Both the position numbers and the translations under genes were made by a program. The notes below the pieces were generated by a model. It was not told the DNA's origin and searched no databases. It saw only the letters and a program-made list of their open reading frames with translations. A stretch of DNA of 63,931 nucleotides, counting the filler, from Polymyxa betae A26-41 (Eukaryota; Protista; Endomyxa: Phytomyxea), in the NCBI GenBank assembly GCA_003693705.1. It is 8 parts of 8 records of this genome, joined end to end, with 100 filler letters (N's around TTAATTAATTAA, not from the genome) between each part and the next. Parts side by side here need not be neighbours in the genome. Positions count along the whole stretch, not along the records: positions 47,079 to 54,591 come from RBZT01000679.1; positions 54,692 to 61,041 come from RBZT01000712.1; positions 61,142 to 63,931 come from RBZT01000943.1; 5 more parts are not named here. One strand, written 5' to 3'. Positions 48,956-61,323 of this stretch are shown piece by piece (position 1 is the first letter of the stretch; every line of letters begins with the position of its first letter).

Positions 48956-50376
48956 ATGCGGCTCCTCTCCTGTTTATCATGTGCGGCTCCTGTACCGAGT
49001 CCTGATCCAGGTCGTACTGGCCTGCATGATCTCTAATCACTGACAGATGATACGGACACGGTTCGACCATACTGGAAAGGGCATCGTCGCCAGCAATTTC
49101 GCGACCTTTTGGGACCTTTGGTGGAGAACTCGCAGGTCGACATGACCATCGCGTTTTACGGCCGCTCTGGCGTTGGTACATCGATGTTGATGGCGCAATT
49201 ACTGGGATGGTACCCAGCTTGTCTCAGACCTGGTGCAGATACAACCGGCGACCAGTTTCGTCTTTACGATGTGCCGCGATCTCCGGGCATGAAATTCTTC
49301 AAACAGCCTGGAAGCAAGAACTTTGATCACACTACTCGGGCAGCTTTATCTAGCGCTTACATATTCATCTCAGAAACAGTTGGTCTGCCTTTAAAGGCTT
49401 TCTATTTCGTCATCGATGCTTGTGCTGAAAACCCTCTTCAAATCCATCAGGAACTTCAGTTCATTTCCGATTTATATGGTCCATACTTTATTCGTTATAT
49501 GCGATTCGTCCTTAACAACTGGGATCAAGTTCCGGACGACGCCCTGCTCGAAGATTACCGACACGAACTATCTCGTTTGTACTCTTTGTTCGTTGATCGT
49601 GTCGTCTCGAGATTGCATCGGCCAGCTGGTTGACGATCTTAATTACGCCTGGGTTGGACGAAATCAGACTATAGAAGATTTGCCATTTGTAATCTCAGGT
49701 ACACGAGTTTATGTCTTTCTGATATTGTTTCAAAGTTTTAAGGTTGAGTTTAGAGCGCATTTATTCGTCTAATGACGTCCAGAATCTTGTACGCCATCTA
49801 TATGATGCGTTCAACTCATTGCCTTCATCAACGGAGCAGGTTGACAATTGGCTTCGAGTCTTCAATCTTGACGACGATCGCAATCGATGTCTACAGGATG
49901 TGGTTGCCGTTCACTTGTCTGGGGCCAGCACGGCGTCATCGGTGAAATCTGAACTTGCTTCGATGGTGCTGTCGTCATATTCGAGCCTGCAGGCCGCCTT
50001 AGTCTGTGTTGGCACCGCATTTGTTGCTAATCGCTTCCATTATGCTAATAGTACGGACCCCAATGGCGGTCCCGTCTCCGATTCGGATTATTCCGAGTTC
50101 ATCGGGATCGTATTGAACGCATTGCCGGAGCATCCGATCTGGATTCGAGCTTTAATGTTCCGTCGAATCGAAATCGGCCTCGTTGGTGAAGCGGCTTGCT
50201 TTGCAGCTTGCGTGACGGCCGTGGATGATGTGCTGGCCGCCCTAATTAGGGTTCATCAACATGGTCTATCCAAGACTTGTTTGTTTTTGGATCGTTATTA
50301 TAGAGGGAGTCCGCGACTTTCCGATTCCGATCTCGACATTGTTCTCCGATATGGCTCAACTCTTATTTTCACCTAA
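48956..50376 (+). CDS. 4-exon gene, 430 aa, degenerate P-loop GTPase-like N-terminal domain
   Basis: Exons 48956-49010, 49047-49574, 49612-49698, 49754-50376 splice GT-AG into one frame; IAFYGRSGVGTS, LYDVP, FYFVID, VLNNWD. Confidence 0.72.
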
Positions 50377-50667
50377 CTTTCTGCAATATAGTACATTGAA
50401 ACTAGTCAAAAATTTCAGTCTATCGGAGGTACCCTATCCTGGCAATTTCTGATTCCGTAACATCGACATGTTGATGATTATTGAAGAGTAATTACCAGAG
50501 CTATGATTCTATGAGGAAGGAACGCTATCAGCCTGTCATGTAGTTGGATATATTCTAGCTGCGATTACGTCCTATTCAGGGGTTTTGCTGATCTGTGAAC
50601 GATTTCAGGATGACCTACTAAAAATACTGTGTCGCCACAGCCTTCTTGGCATCATCGCTATAATCAT

Positions 50668-51148
50668 AGCCGTGACGGTCGTAGTGCGGTGGTCAGGTGT
50701 TTGGACTGTAAGCCTTGGGTCTTGAGTTCAACTCCCGTCCATGGGGATTATTTGTGATGAATCCCATGCATTATATTCCTACATGGTACCAAATTTAGGA
50801 AGTGTCACGTTCTGTGACTCGTTCAGTGGAAGGGTACGTTTGTGCAACCCCCCGTACGGATTGGTCCAGTGACTACCCCGATACTGAATAGCTCCTATAA
50901 TGGTAGGCCTATGCTCAGCTAATTGGTCAACAGTTAACTGCTCTCAGAGGCCGTTGGAGCAGGCAACGCCTTCATAAAAAGTTGCCGTGGAAGGGTGAAA
51001 TTCCGGTATCTCTGAACCCCAGAGAACTCTGAGTATCCTGCGAAGCTGTTACGTTACAACTTCGATCTCAGAGCCCTGTGTGATGGGAAAGATCACCGCC
51101 CTGGTGTATAAACACCTAAACTAGTCTAATCCAATCCAATCCAATCCA
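50668..51148 (+). mobile_element. Full-length tRNA-derived SINE
   Basis: A-box-like TAGTGCGGTGG, B box GAGTTCAACTCCC, (CCAAT)n tail, 14-bp TSD ATCGCTATAATCAT. Confidence 0.88.
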
Positions 51149-51449
51149 ATCGCTATAATCATCGGCTGGAGACAATGTCGTCATTGCCCCTACAGCGAAG
51201 AACGAAGCAGCGCCAGCTGTTGACCATTTATTGAATCTAGAATCGGCTGTATCAGTACTGTAATGCTAGCTGTTATCAAGCAATTATTGAGGTGGCGTTA
51301 AGGAAATATCCTGTAATTGGTTGGATTGTAAGCTCCTGATTGATACCTCTTCGAAACTCCGTAATAAAACGTTCTGCGTCATTACACATTTTGTATAATC
51401 AACTCCTTCAAATTTGTTGGAACAGAACATGAATAATGTCAACTTTTGA

Positions 51450-51840
51450 CGATTATTTGCTCTATTGTATTGGCAGAATTTCGTACTTTTGTCTATTTTT
51501 TGAATCGTGTTCATTGATCTTTATTTCAACATTTTCTGTTTGCTTCGTCCAGTTCATTATCTGAATCTCAGGACCTGGTCTTCGACTCGCAGTCTATTGA
51601 ATTTGTGTAATTCTGATCTTTATCGCCCTGTCCTGCTGGCTGTATCAACAATTTCAACGACGGCAGTCGCTCCTCTTGGAAAACTGCAATACGAAATCTG
51701 TCTCTTCTGTATCATTTTAAAATATATTTGTTGCAAATTTGCATCTCCATCCTAATTCTGTGTCGATCCTTTTGCTTTCGTGAAGGTTTAAAGCTGGTTG
51801 TTTGCCTTTGATATCAGATTCTCCCCCCTTATGATCATAC
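51450..51840. repeat. Diverged direct repeat, copy 2
   Basis: Aligns by eye with 47480-47877. Confidence 0.85.
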
Positions 51841-51853
51841 TTAATGGGCAATT

Positions 51854-52186
51854 CAGCTGTTTTTCTCGGCTATCCCATGCTACTCACTCTTTCTTGAAGG
51901 AGTGGGGACCATGAGATAAAAGGGTTCTGGGCGCCAGTCGCAATGCCAACCCTCACAGCTGGCTAGTCTAAGAGAGACGACGCAATGGTAGAAAATCAAG
52001 TTTGTATTGATAAGGATCGAGAGGAGAATCAAAGCCCCATAAGATTTCATTTGACAGACATGGGCCGCGCCGCTATGTCATTGATGTCGTTGTAGAGAAT
52101 CCATAGAACAATATCCTATATAGTAACACTATCCTGATTCTATGGAGATGTGTTATAAAGAGTGTCGTTATAGAGAGGGAGGACTG
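51854..52186. mobile_element. Truncated copy of the pogo-type MITE at 55184-55927
   Basis: Homologous to about 55591-55927; ends GTGTCGTTATAGAGAGGGAGGACTG+TA. Confidence 0.82.
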
Positions 52187-52363
52187 TAGACGCTTGTCGT
52201 GGAAGGTTAAAGCAAAATTTGACATGCATCAATCGGCCTGGAGTGTAGGATTCAAAAGCGGACACCTAGAGCTATTAAGATCGAGCTGTGCTATGCTTGA
52301 CCCGTGATGGACCTAAATCAAACGTTGGCATCTTGCTCACGAATTGCCCCCGGCTTGCACTAT

Positions 52364-52573
52364 TCATTCGGCGTGACTCAAGAAACGTTTCGAAGATTTC
52401 CAAGTTCCAAATGTGCCTAAATCAAGCAAAATATGAGGAACTAAATGCAGCATGAAATGTTCTGGAAGCGCCATCACGTCGCTTGGGGATAGCTGTCGGA
52501 ATATCAGCTGACTAAAATTTCGTGCTATCTCTTCTAATATTGATAGAGCGTCAGCAATAGAAAGGTTCACCAT
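52364..52573 (-). pseudogene. Possible CMC/EnSpm transposase remnant
   Basis: HFMLHLVPHILLDLGTFGTW resembles the HxxxH...GP...W block. Confidence 0.3.
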
Positions 52574-53383
52574 TAAGCATTGACATGTTGGTTGAGATTT
52601 TCAGGATCTATTGATGAGAAGGATGGATGAGTCATCTCCGTGATTCTGTAGTCTCATCCGGGTCTAGGATTCTACCTCTCTTTCGGATCTAATAAATGGA
52701 TTGGGCAGACCTCATTTCACCACATTATTGTTACACCTCCTTTAATAGATTCTCTACGCCAACTCGATCTTGATTTGGAGAATGTTTTTCTACAGATTAC
52801 ATCAAACAAACATCAATGCAACCAATTCGAAAAATGCCAATTGAAAGCAACTTCGCGGACTCCGATCTGCCTAGTTGTACTTTTTTTTGACTCAAACTTA
52901 TGACCACCAGTCTGATTCGGTCGCAGCTTATCGAACGTACGTGATCGGAACTGGAGCAGATATTAATTAACCAAAATTGGTAGAGCAAATCACTAGACCT
53001 TGAAAGTTAAAGCCGTTTAACAAGGATGTCGCCGGCTCCAAAAACTATTTCGACTACGGGGCATCTTCCTCTAGGTTTAGTTGTTCGTGGGTTCCAATAA
53101 TAATTTCCACTGCTGAAAATAAGTTCAAGTGAAGTTGGATATGATCATCATACTCGCTTGGCCTTGACGATTGACATGTCCAACTGCCGCTCCTGCTGCG
53201 TCGACTGACAGCAAAACGATGTTCGATTCTGGGTCGGCAACAGCAAGGATGGGTTGCGGCTGGGATGGGTTCTTGATCACCAAACTTCGGTTCATCGAAG
53301 GCAATGGAAATGATGAGGGAACCTTGTCTTTCATGTGACGATAGGGGTCATCGCCATCATTATTACGACGCCTTGATAAGACA

Positions 53384-54591
53384 GTGACGTTCAGCTTCTT
53401 GGATCGTCGACAAAAAAAAAGAGACGAAACCGCTACAAAGAATTCTTTGAGAGCTGAAAGCCGCAAGTCAATGATGACAAGCAATGGCTGCAGAATTGAT
53501 GAGGTGACTGATTCTGATTATGAGGATGAAAGTAACGTTAAGATAATCGACTCCGAGATCAATCCGGGACCGACGAATGAGGATCTGGTGCAGAAACATC
53601 AGAAAAATGAGCCAAGATTTGCTTCAGGAAATCTGGCTGTACTGGAGACTAACAAGGCTCCAATATTGAGGACTGCTGACCGGAAGGATATCCTTCAGTT
53701 TCAGCAGAAACGGGAAAAATACATTCGGGTCCATTTTGAAGCGGGCTTGGATAGTACCCGATTGAGGTCGCTGGTGTCGATGTTGGAACCAGTCTTTCTT
53801 GAGACGATTTGTCTATATTCCATTGGCAAATCATTTATTGAAGTCACCGACAAAGACCTTGAGGAATGGATGTCGAGTGTACTTCGTGATGACAAGTCCC
53901 GGGATGTCCTCCTGGACCAGAAGATGGGACAACTGAAGATGAAGATGACAATCGAGTCGGCAGGTGCTCGTGTCATTGATCTGATTGTGCAATTCCACCG
54001 GATCGTGAAGGACAACGGATGGGAGCACCTGTTTGTTGATCCGGAAGGCAAAAAGCGTCAGGTGAAATTTCTCCTGAACGCGGTTGAGCCGAAAGGTTTG
54101 AAGAGGATGATGAGTGATCGCGTTCATCGTGAAGCTCATCTGTCGAAGGATCCTGCGGCGTTTTTGAAGTTGCTACAGGAGGTGTCCGTCTATTATCAAG
54201 AAACGTCCGCTTATCATCGGACGGATCCTACAGTGGGCGCACCTCCAAGCAAACGCCAAAAAGTAACCAATGACGAAAAGGTGAAGGGGCAAGCGTCGGC
54301 GAAGCAGCCCCGCGAATCAGATGGCAAGACTGGGAAGAAGCCGTTGAAGTGTTATGGCTGTCATGAGGTCGGACACCCGGTTTTCAAATGTCCGAAGAAC
54401 CTGTCAAAGCAGGAGGTCTTTGATATTATCAAATCCAAAAATAAATCAAAGAAGAATTCCAACTATTTACATGTTTGTAAGATTGGAGCAGAGAATAATA
54501 GCAGTGAAGTGCTTGTGAAGATTAACGATAGCTTGTATTTTCCAGCTATATTGGATAGCGGAGCTATTGGGGTGTCTTTGATACCACGGAG
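53384..54591 (+). CDS. gag: Gypsy Gag-protease, open to the contig end
   Basis: CYGCHEVGHPVFKC, ILDSGA. Confidence 0.88.
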
Positions 54592-54691
54592 NNNNNNNNN
54601 NNNNNNNNNNNNNNNNNNNNNNNNNNNNNNNNNNNTTAATTAATTAANNNNNNNNNNNNNNNNNNNNNNNNNNNNNNNNNNNNNNNNNNNN
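54592..54691. other. Artificial contig linker
   Basis: N44-TTAATTAATTAA-N44. Confidence 0.98.
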
Positions 54692-54706
54692 CGCGGTGGA
54701 GATGCT

Positions 54707-56281
54707 CTAATCTGGCCCAAATGGCCTAAAAATGGCCTAACGCCAGTTCAATGCACGATTGCAGATTGGTTGACAATTTTTTGATATGATGATCTAGCAT
54801 TGACATTAATTGAGAATACACCTAAAATTTGAACACTTTATTCATCTGTAGGGTTTTCTAGATAGTTGATATCTGAATGGTCTACGCACGGCCTTCAGGA
54901 AATTTCATTCTGGGTAATTCTCTCAAACAGGCTCAGACAATACCGATTTCGTGCCCCAACAAATCTTGAATTTTCTTGAGGGCAACGAAGTGCTGGCGCT
55001 CTTGCTCTTAGGATTGCGATTATGTTGTAGACTAGCAGCGCTTTGCTTTTGAGAACCAAATCAATATCCTAATATTGCTGGATGGTTTCGCTGCATTTAC
55101 TCGTCTATCTTCGAAAATATTGTTGACATGAGGGGCTATTTCAGGATCTGCCGAGCAGCAGTCGTGACTTAATAGTTGTTATACAGTCCTCCCACTCTAT
55201 AACGACACAGGTGAGTTTTCATTATAACAACATTGTCGTTATAAATGTATTCTCCCGAAGCTATGGACCATTTGTATGTATAAACTCGCATCAGTTATTT
55301 TTTGGAATCGTTTCTTCTTAGGTTTAGTTCTTGAATTGATACAAAATTAAAGCAATACAAACTTCAAGAAGGTTTTCTGGCTTTTCTTCGAGGTTACCCC
55401 GAAAAGTGTTTAACAAGCTTTCGATGCGCTTCGATTTGACGTCGTTAACGTCAGTTTGCTCATCTGATCCTCGAACTTCTAAGGTCTCTTACAGTGCCAC
55501 AAATAGTCGACCGGCAGACCTGAATCACCAAATAACCCAATATTTCAGAAAGTTTTTTCTCTGTAATGTTATCATTGTATACTCTGCAAAACAGCTGTTT
55601 TTCGGTTATCCTAAACGACTCTCTCTTTCTCGAAGGAGTAGGGACCATGAGATAAAAGGGGTCTAAGCGTCAGACGCCATGCTAATCCTCCCAGGTGTCT
55701 AGTCTAAGGGTGACGAGACCATGGTAGAAAATCCAGTTTGTATTGTGAAAGATCGGGATGATAATCAAAGAGCCCCATAAGAATCTCATCGAACAGATAT
55801 GGGCCACGCCGCCATGTCATTGATGACTTTGTAGAGAATCCATAGAACAATATCCGTACATAGTACCATTATCGGGCTTCTATAAAGAAGTCGTTATAAA
55901 GAGTGTCGTTATAGAAAGGATTGACCGTAGCACCTTTCGTTTTGCTACCAATGATCGAAAGGGGGACAGAACTCAGGTTTCCTGTATTATATTTCAAAGT
56001 TTATTACTGTTGCAACTCGTAAGATCGGAGCTGTCATGAATTCCACCTGGGAGCTTCACAAAGACTGACAATCGCTTTGAAATGGGCCCTGCCCATGCCA
56101 GCTGGAAACTGGCAACGAACAGCAATAGAGTAGGGTTTTAGGGTTATTGATATTCTGTGAGCTTTAGGCCATTTTTAGGCCATTTGGGCCAGATTAGGCC
56201 ATTTTTAGGCCAATTGTAAACGAAAACTGCGCCCACGGAGATTAGGCCATTTTTAGGCCGTAGGCCAATTTTAGGCCAATT
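54707..56281. mobile_element. Probable non-autonomous DNA transposon with TTAGGCC subterminal arrays
   Basis: 54707-54740 is the perfect 34-bp reverse complement of 56164-56197; true ends not found. Confidence 0.5.
55184..55927. mobile_element. pogo-type MITE
   Basis: Imperfect TIR CAGTC...TCTATAACGACAC, TA on both sides, no ORF. Confidence 0.85.
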
Positions 56282-58405
56282 TACAGCGACCCGTTCGAAA
56301 CGTATTTCTGAGAGGTATGAAGTGGCGGGATCTCCATTCGTCATGAGATGTCTTCGATACCCCGTGGCGGAGACATCTCGACGATCTGAACGTTTCACAT
56401 GATATCATTGCTAATCTTATGTGACCAGGGGTTCATCATGTGCTTATTGTCATCCCGCATCAGCCACCTAGGGTTTGAATACATTCGCCAAAAGCTACGG
56501 CGTACTGATGATGTCAAAATGGCCAATATAGAGGCATTTTTTGATTATACACGTGCGATATAACACGATTGGAAGAGTTAAGACCGCATCAACAGCTCGC
56601 AAATCGTCAGTCGAGCTAACAACGCCCTGGGAAGTCATCATAGGCGATTCTGTGCGCTGTTTTCCGCCAATGGACATCTAATATTTTAATATATTTGATT
56701 TTGTTGAGCGGCTTCTTTAACTACGTCATCAAATAGACGGCATCGCCATGGGCACTGTGCCGTAGATTAAAGGTTATTAAAGCATTTGCGGCAAGATGTA
56801 AAAGTAATGCGAAAACACTTTTAAAAAAAAATCTGTTACGAATAGACGGAATAGTAAAGTTCAAACTTATTCAGTGGGTTATAAAGTTTGTGCTGAGGAT
56901 TCAAAAAAACAAATCATATATATATTTTTTCAAATTTTGCAAAAATGACAGTTTGTGCCCATGGCGATACGGTCGTTTTTGAGAAGAGCTTCAATAGATA
57001 CCGTTTCAGGATTGCCAAGTTGATCATGTACAGCATCCTATACACTTTTATCCCTAATTCTGGCATTTTATTGGACGAATACCGCTCATCTCGTTTTTGG
57101 AATCCATCACAGACTATCGAACAGCCACGATTAGGTAATGCTGCCCCCAACCTGGTCTCAGGAGTTCCAGTTCCAAACAAGCATGGATCGAGCCCGGGCT
57201 CTTTCAGTGAGTCTCTCAAAGCGGTTCAGAAATGAAGATTTCATATGAAACTAACTGCTGGTTTTCCTTGTCTTCAACCTGATAGGATTTAGTCGTTATT
57301 TTTATTATTGTTTTTTGTTAGGATGGTAATTTCATACAATAAACACATTGGGTCAACCTTCGCGTTTTCTCTGATAAGAATCATGTCTGTCTCACAGACA
57401 ATAATAGCGGAAGTCTAGAAATGAACGAAATCGTTCTATCGCCGGCGCGAATGAGTCGAATATCTCAGGAGAGCGAAAATGTTCCCGGACATCAGCTGAA
57501 ATATTATAACAATAGTCACCTTTAGGTCTTGAAATGATTCAAAAGATGGAATAATCAGACTGCATCTGCTTTTGAGGAACGAATTGGAAGTTTCAGATCA
57601 CGCTGCAAAGGATTGCAGCTGCTGTTTAATCGCAGGAGAGTTTATTGATGAAAACTTTATATCCCTGTAAGGTTACAGCAGAATTTCTGCAAAAAGCAGC
57701 ATGATGGTGGCCACTGGACCTAAAATGATTGTTTGAAAAGACCAAAATCCAGCTTCAAGACCGCAGATCGTCAGAACTGTTATTCTCACCAATCAGGGAA
57801 ACCTCCAAAAAGCCCTTGATGCTGCTGCTGCTGCTCTGGAATTGAAAGCTATCATGACAACATTGCTGACGTTCCTAAATGGGGCGCATTAGTCGCAAAT
57901 TTCTTTTTTCGAATGTTACGTACGTTGAATCTCAATTATTAGAGCATCATCCGTATTGAACATTTCTGCAAGGATCACCTCTCAACAATGGGGATTGCTG
58001 ACCCCATCAACAAAGACAGCATTGTTCAGAACAGGTTCTTTTAGTGAAATTTTCTTGTGTTTTTGTTTTTATAAAATATTGTATTTTTTGTGCCACTCTG
58101 TTCAGTTAATTTTTTCTATCCGTCTGTTGCAATGGTTTGAGACCATTCAAACGATACAGTACTGTATAACTGCTGTAGTACTGCTGATGTGGGAATATCG
58201 CCGACCCGACACAGGGCGTCAGTGCTCGCACTTGTCACATAACACATTTCATGCATGACGGCATGACACCAGTGCTGTTTTACCACAGCACACACGCCCA
58301 ATTTCGCCTAGGGTAATAATATAACAATAATACAATCATTCTTCGTTTGATATAGAAGTTCGCCCCTACTGTGTAGAAGCGATCCAAGTCGCGCTAGCCA
58401 CGACA

Positions 58406-58419
58406 GGTTATGGGCCCAG
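58406..58419 (+). promoter_or_regulatory. Copia PBS GGTTATGGGCCCAG
   Basis: Follows ...CGACA; identical to 3248-3261. Confidence 0.85.
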
Positions 58420-60655
58420 AGCACCGACCCATGTCATCCATGACCACGAATGCAATGACAAGGGAAACCCTGGTTGGGTTCATGCTGGACTGGCAGAATT
58501 GGCAACGCTGGTCGAAACATCTTATGATCGGAGCAAAAGCGGCTGAGCTCGACGGAATCATATTTGGCTCGAGCTCAGAACCAGAGCCGCTCATTGATGA
58601 TGGAACTAATGAGATAAAAGTTGTTGCACGAGAAAAGGAAATCCAAGATTTCCAAAAGCTGGAAAAGTATGCAATGTTCAAGCTGTATGCTTTGTTATCA
58701 GAGCCGATACAAAGATCGATTTAGTGACTATGAAACGCCATCGAAAATGTGGAAAGCTATGCAACTCTACTTCGAAGGAAAGACGCCCCAAGCGAAATCC
58801 AAAGAAAATGGTCGGAGATCAAGTTATCAAAGTGTGATGGAAACATGATCGTGTTCATCAATGAAATTGAAACGACGAAAGCGTCACTGAAAGCTCATGG
58901 TGTGACAAAGACCGATGAGGATCTCGTCGAAGATATTCTTGACAAGTTGGATGATGATAGCTGGGACAGCTACAAGGAACTGAAATATACGCAAGGAATG
59001 CCTGATTTTGAAACTTTGAAAGCAGATTTGACAATAATCTACAACCGGCGTAACAAGAACAATCAAGAAACAGAAAATGGAGCATTTAGCAGTCGAGAAA
59101 AGCAAATTCAATGCTGGTATTGTAAGAATAAGGGGCATTTATCAAAGAATTGTCCTAAAAAGATTGCAATAAGTCAAAGCCATTATGCAAGTTCTTCAAG
59201 CGAGGAAATTGTAAGAATGGGAACAAATGCACATATCGTCATGACAACAGACAAGACTCGGGGAAAAATAAGTCAGATCAAGAAAAAGATAAAGATTTGG
59301 CGGAATGGGGCTTCTCCTTAAGTGATTCGCATTCGATAAAGGCAAGCATCTATGCCGATTCTGGCGCGACCTGTCATACATTTTGCCAGAGAGAATGGTT
59401 TCATAATTTCAAGCCTGTATCAAAGTATCTCAACTGGGGCGATGGAAGTAGCACTAAAATTACCGGAATTGGCGATATCTCTTTGATTACTCAAACTCAA
59501 GACGGTAAAGCCAAAGTCACTTTATATGATGTTCGTTACGCTCCTGAATTCAAGATTAACCTGATGAGCATCAAAAAGGCAACCTCGGTAAACTTATCTG
59601 TAACTTTCAAAGATAACAATATGAAGTTGATGGACCCGAACGGCAAGACGATTATGAAAGCTTTTGCTTCTGAACATGATCTATACAAGATTCAAGCCGA
59701 TGTTTGTCTACCATCACGTCAAGAAATTACATTGGCAACGAGTGAAATCCGTAACGAGCAAAAGTTACCGTTGATGCAATGGCATGCTCGACTCGGTCAT
59801 CTTAACGAGAAATCGATACTGAAGATGGCATCTGACGCCAACGTTACTGGAATGGCTCTTCAAGACAAGATCACCCACATTTGCAAGCCCTGTGTGGAAT
59901 CGAAAATGGCCTCGAAACCATTTCCAGCGAGTCGAACTCCGAAAGCAAGTGAGCTTCTTGATCTTATCCATATTGATCTGGCCTGACCGATGCAGATGAA
60001 AACACCAGAAGGCGCCCGATATTTGATGATTGCCGTTGATGACTATTCGGGAATGATATTCTCGAAGTTATTGAAGACTAAGGACCAGATTGGACCTGAT
60101 TTTGAACGACTTAAGAATATGCTGGAATTGCAAACGGGAAAGAAAATCAAGAAAGTGAGAATGGATCCTGCTGGCGAAAATCGAGGAGGAAAACTCTTCA
60201 ACCTGCTGAAAGATAATGGAATAAGAGTTGAACTGGCAAACGCTGGATGTCAGCAGCAGAATGGAGCTGCTGAGAGAGCGGTTAAAAGTATCTGTACTGG
60301 AGCACGGTCATTAATGTTGAATGCAGGTGCACCTCAAGCGCTCTGGGGCGATGCTGCATTGGCCTACACTCATTTGAAGAATAAGAGTCCGAGCACAGTT
60401 CGAAACAATGCAATCCTGGAGTACTTATTTTCTGGAAAAACGATCAACATCGGCCATATTCGAGTTTGGGGTTGTATCGCTTACGCCAAGAAAACGAAAC
60501 CTGATGGAAAATTCGATTCAAAAGTGATTGAATGTCGACTAGTTGGATACAACAACGGAACTGATAGAGAAGGGACAAAAGCATGGACTCTGCGATCTCG
60601 GCAGACAGGACGATATATATTCAGCAGAAATGTAACATTTGATGAATCAAAGGTG

Positions 60656-60858
60656 TGTGTCAATATATACGCAATAATTGACTAACCTCCGATCGGACCT
60701 GACTAAACTCCGTTAATCGGAATCTCTCCGAGTTCCGAGCTAACCTCCGATCTCAGTGATATATAAGGGCTTGTATCCATCTAATATATTCATTCTGCAT
60801 TCATCATTGCAATCTTAACATCGAGATCTCAAAGTAGCGCTATAAAGAATTCTTTACA
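60656..60858. mobile_element. Solo LTR (203 bp) in Copia pol
   Basis: TG...CA ends, GGTG/GCTG flanks; removal restores ESKVFSS. Confidence 0.7.
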
Positions 60859-61041
60859 GCTGTTTTCAAGCAATGGCTGGTGCAATCAACGACAAGCAGT
60901 CTGTGGATGAGAGCTCACTCTCAGATGTCGCGGTTCGTGTGGAGAATATGCACATTGAACCAGTACCATCTCCCGAACCTATACTTGGTGTTCAGGTCGA
61001 TGAAAATGTTCACCAAGATGCGGAAGAACCAGAAGGTGGAC

Positions 61042-61141
61042 NNNNNNNNNNNNNNNNNNNNNNNNNNNNNNNNNNNNNNNNNNNNTTAATTAATTAANNN
61101 NNNNNNNNNNNNNNNNNNNNNNNNNNNNNNNNNNNNNNNNN
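61042..61141. other. Artificial contig linker
   Basis: N44-TTAATTAATTAA-N44. Confidence 0.98.
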
Positions 61142-61305
61142 AAACACCATTTACCTACGACATTACCAATAACTTCCATTTTAATTTCTCCTTCTAATGT
61201 TTTATCTCTTACGTGTTGCTCAAATCTACGTTTTTCATTATTAGTTTGTCCCCAATATTCATCATCATATTCATTTTTAAGGTTATAAATTACACCATTT
61301 TCCAT
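61142..61305 (-). CDS. GIY-YIG endonuclease N-terminus, truncated by the contig end
   Basis: GVIY...YWGQT...RRFEQH; very AT-rich. Confidence 0.7.
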
Positions 61306-61323
61306 TGCCTTCGGTTTTAATGT

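Larger units (their letters stand above)
58187..61041 (+). mobile_element. Ty1/Copia element (LTR, gag, PR, IN), cut by the contig end; LTR start uncertain
   Basis: CWYCKNKGHLSKNC, YADSGATCH, WHARLGH, QQNGAAER, SRNVTFDE. Confidence 0.92.

Noticed and set aside
50669-50745. Functional tRNA gene
   Set aside because: It is the head of a SINE with tail and TSD; no convincing cloverleaf
54950-55180. Fanzor/TnpB RuvC-III-like reading (DRRVNAAK...NI) on the minus strand
   Set aside because: Spacing is wrong and no RuvC-I/II or zinc-finger motifs are nearby
57400-57900. HUH/Rep-like DGIIRLHLLL
   Set aside because: Only one His, many stops, no other Rep motifs; region left unassigned
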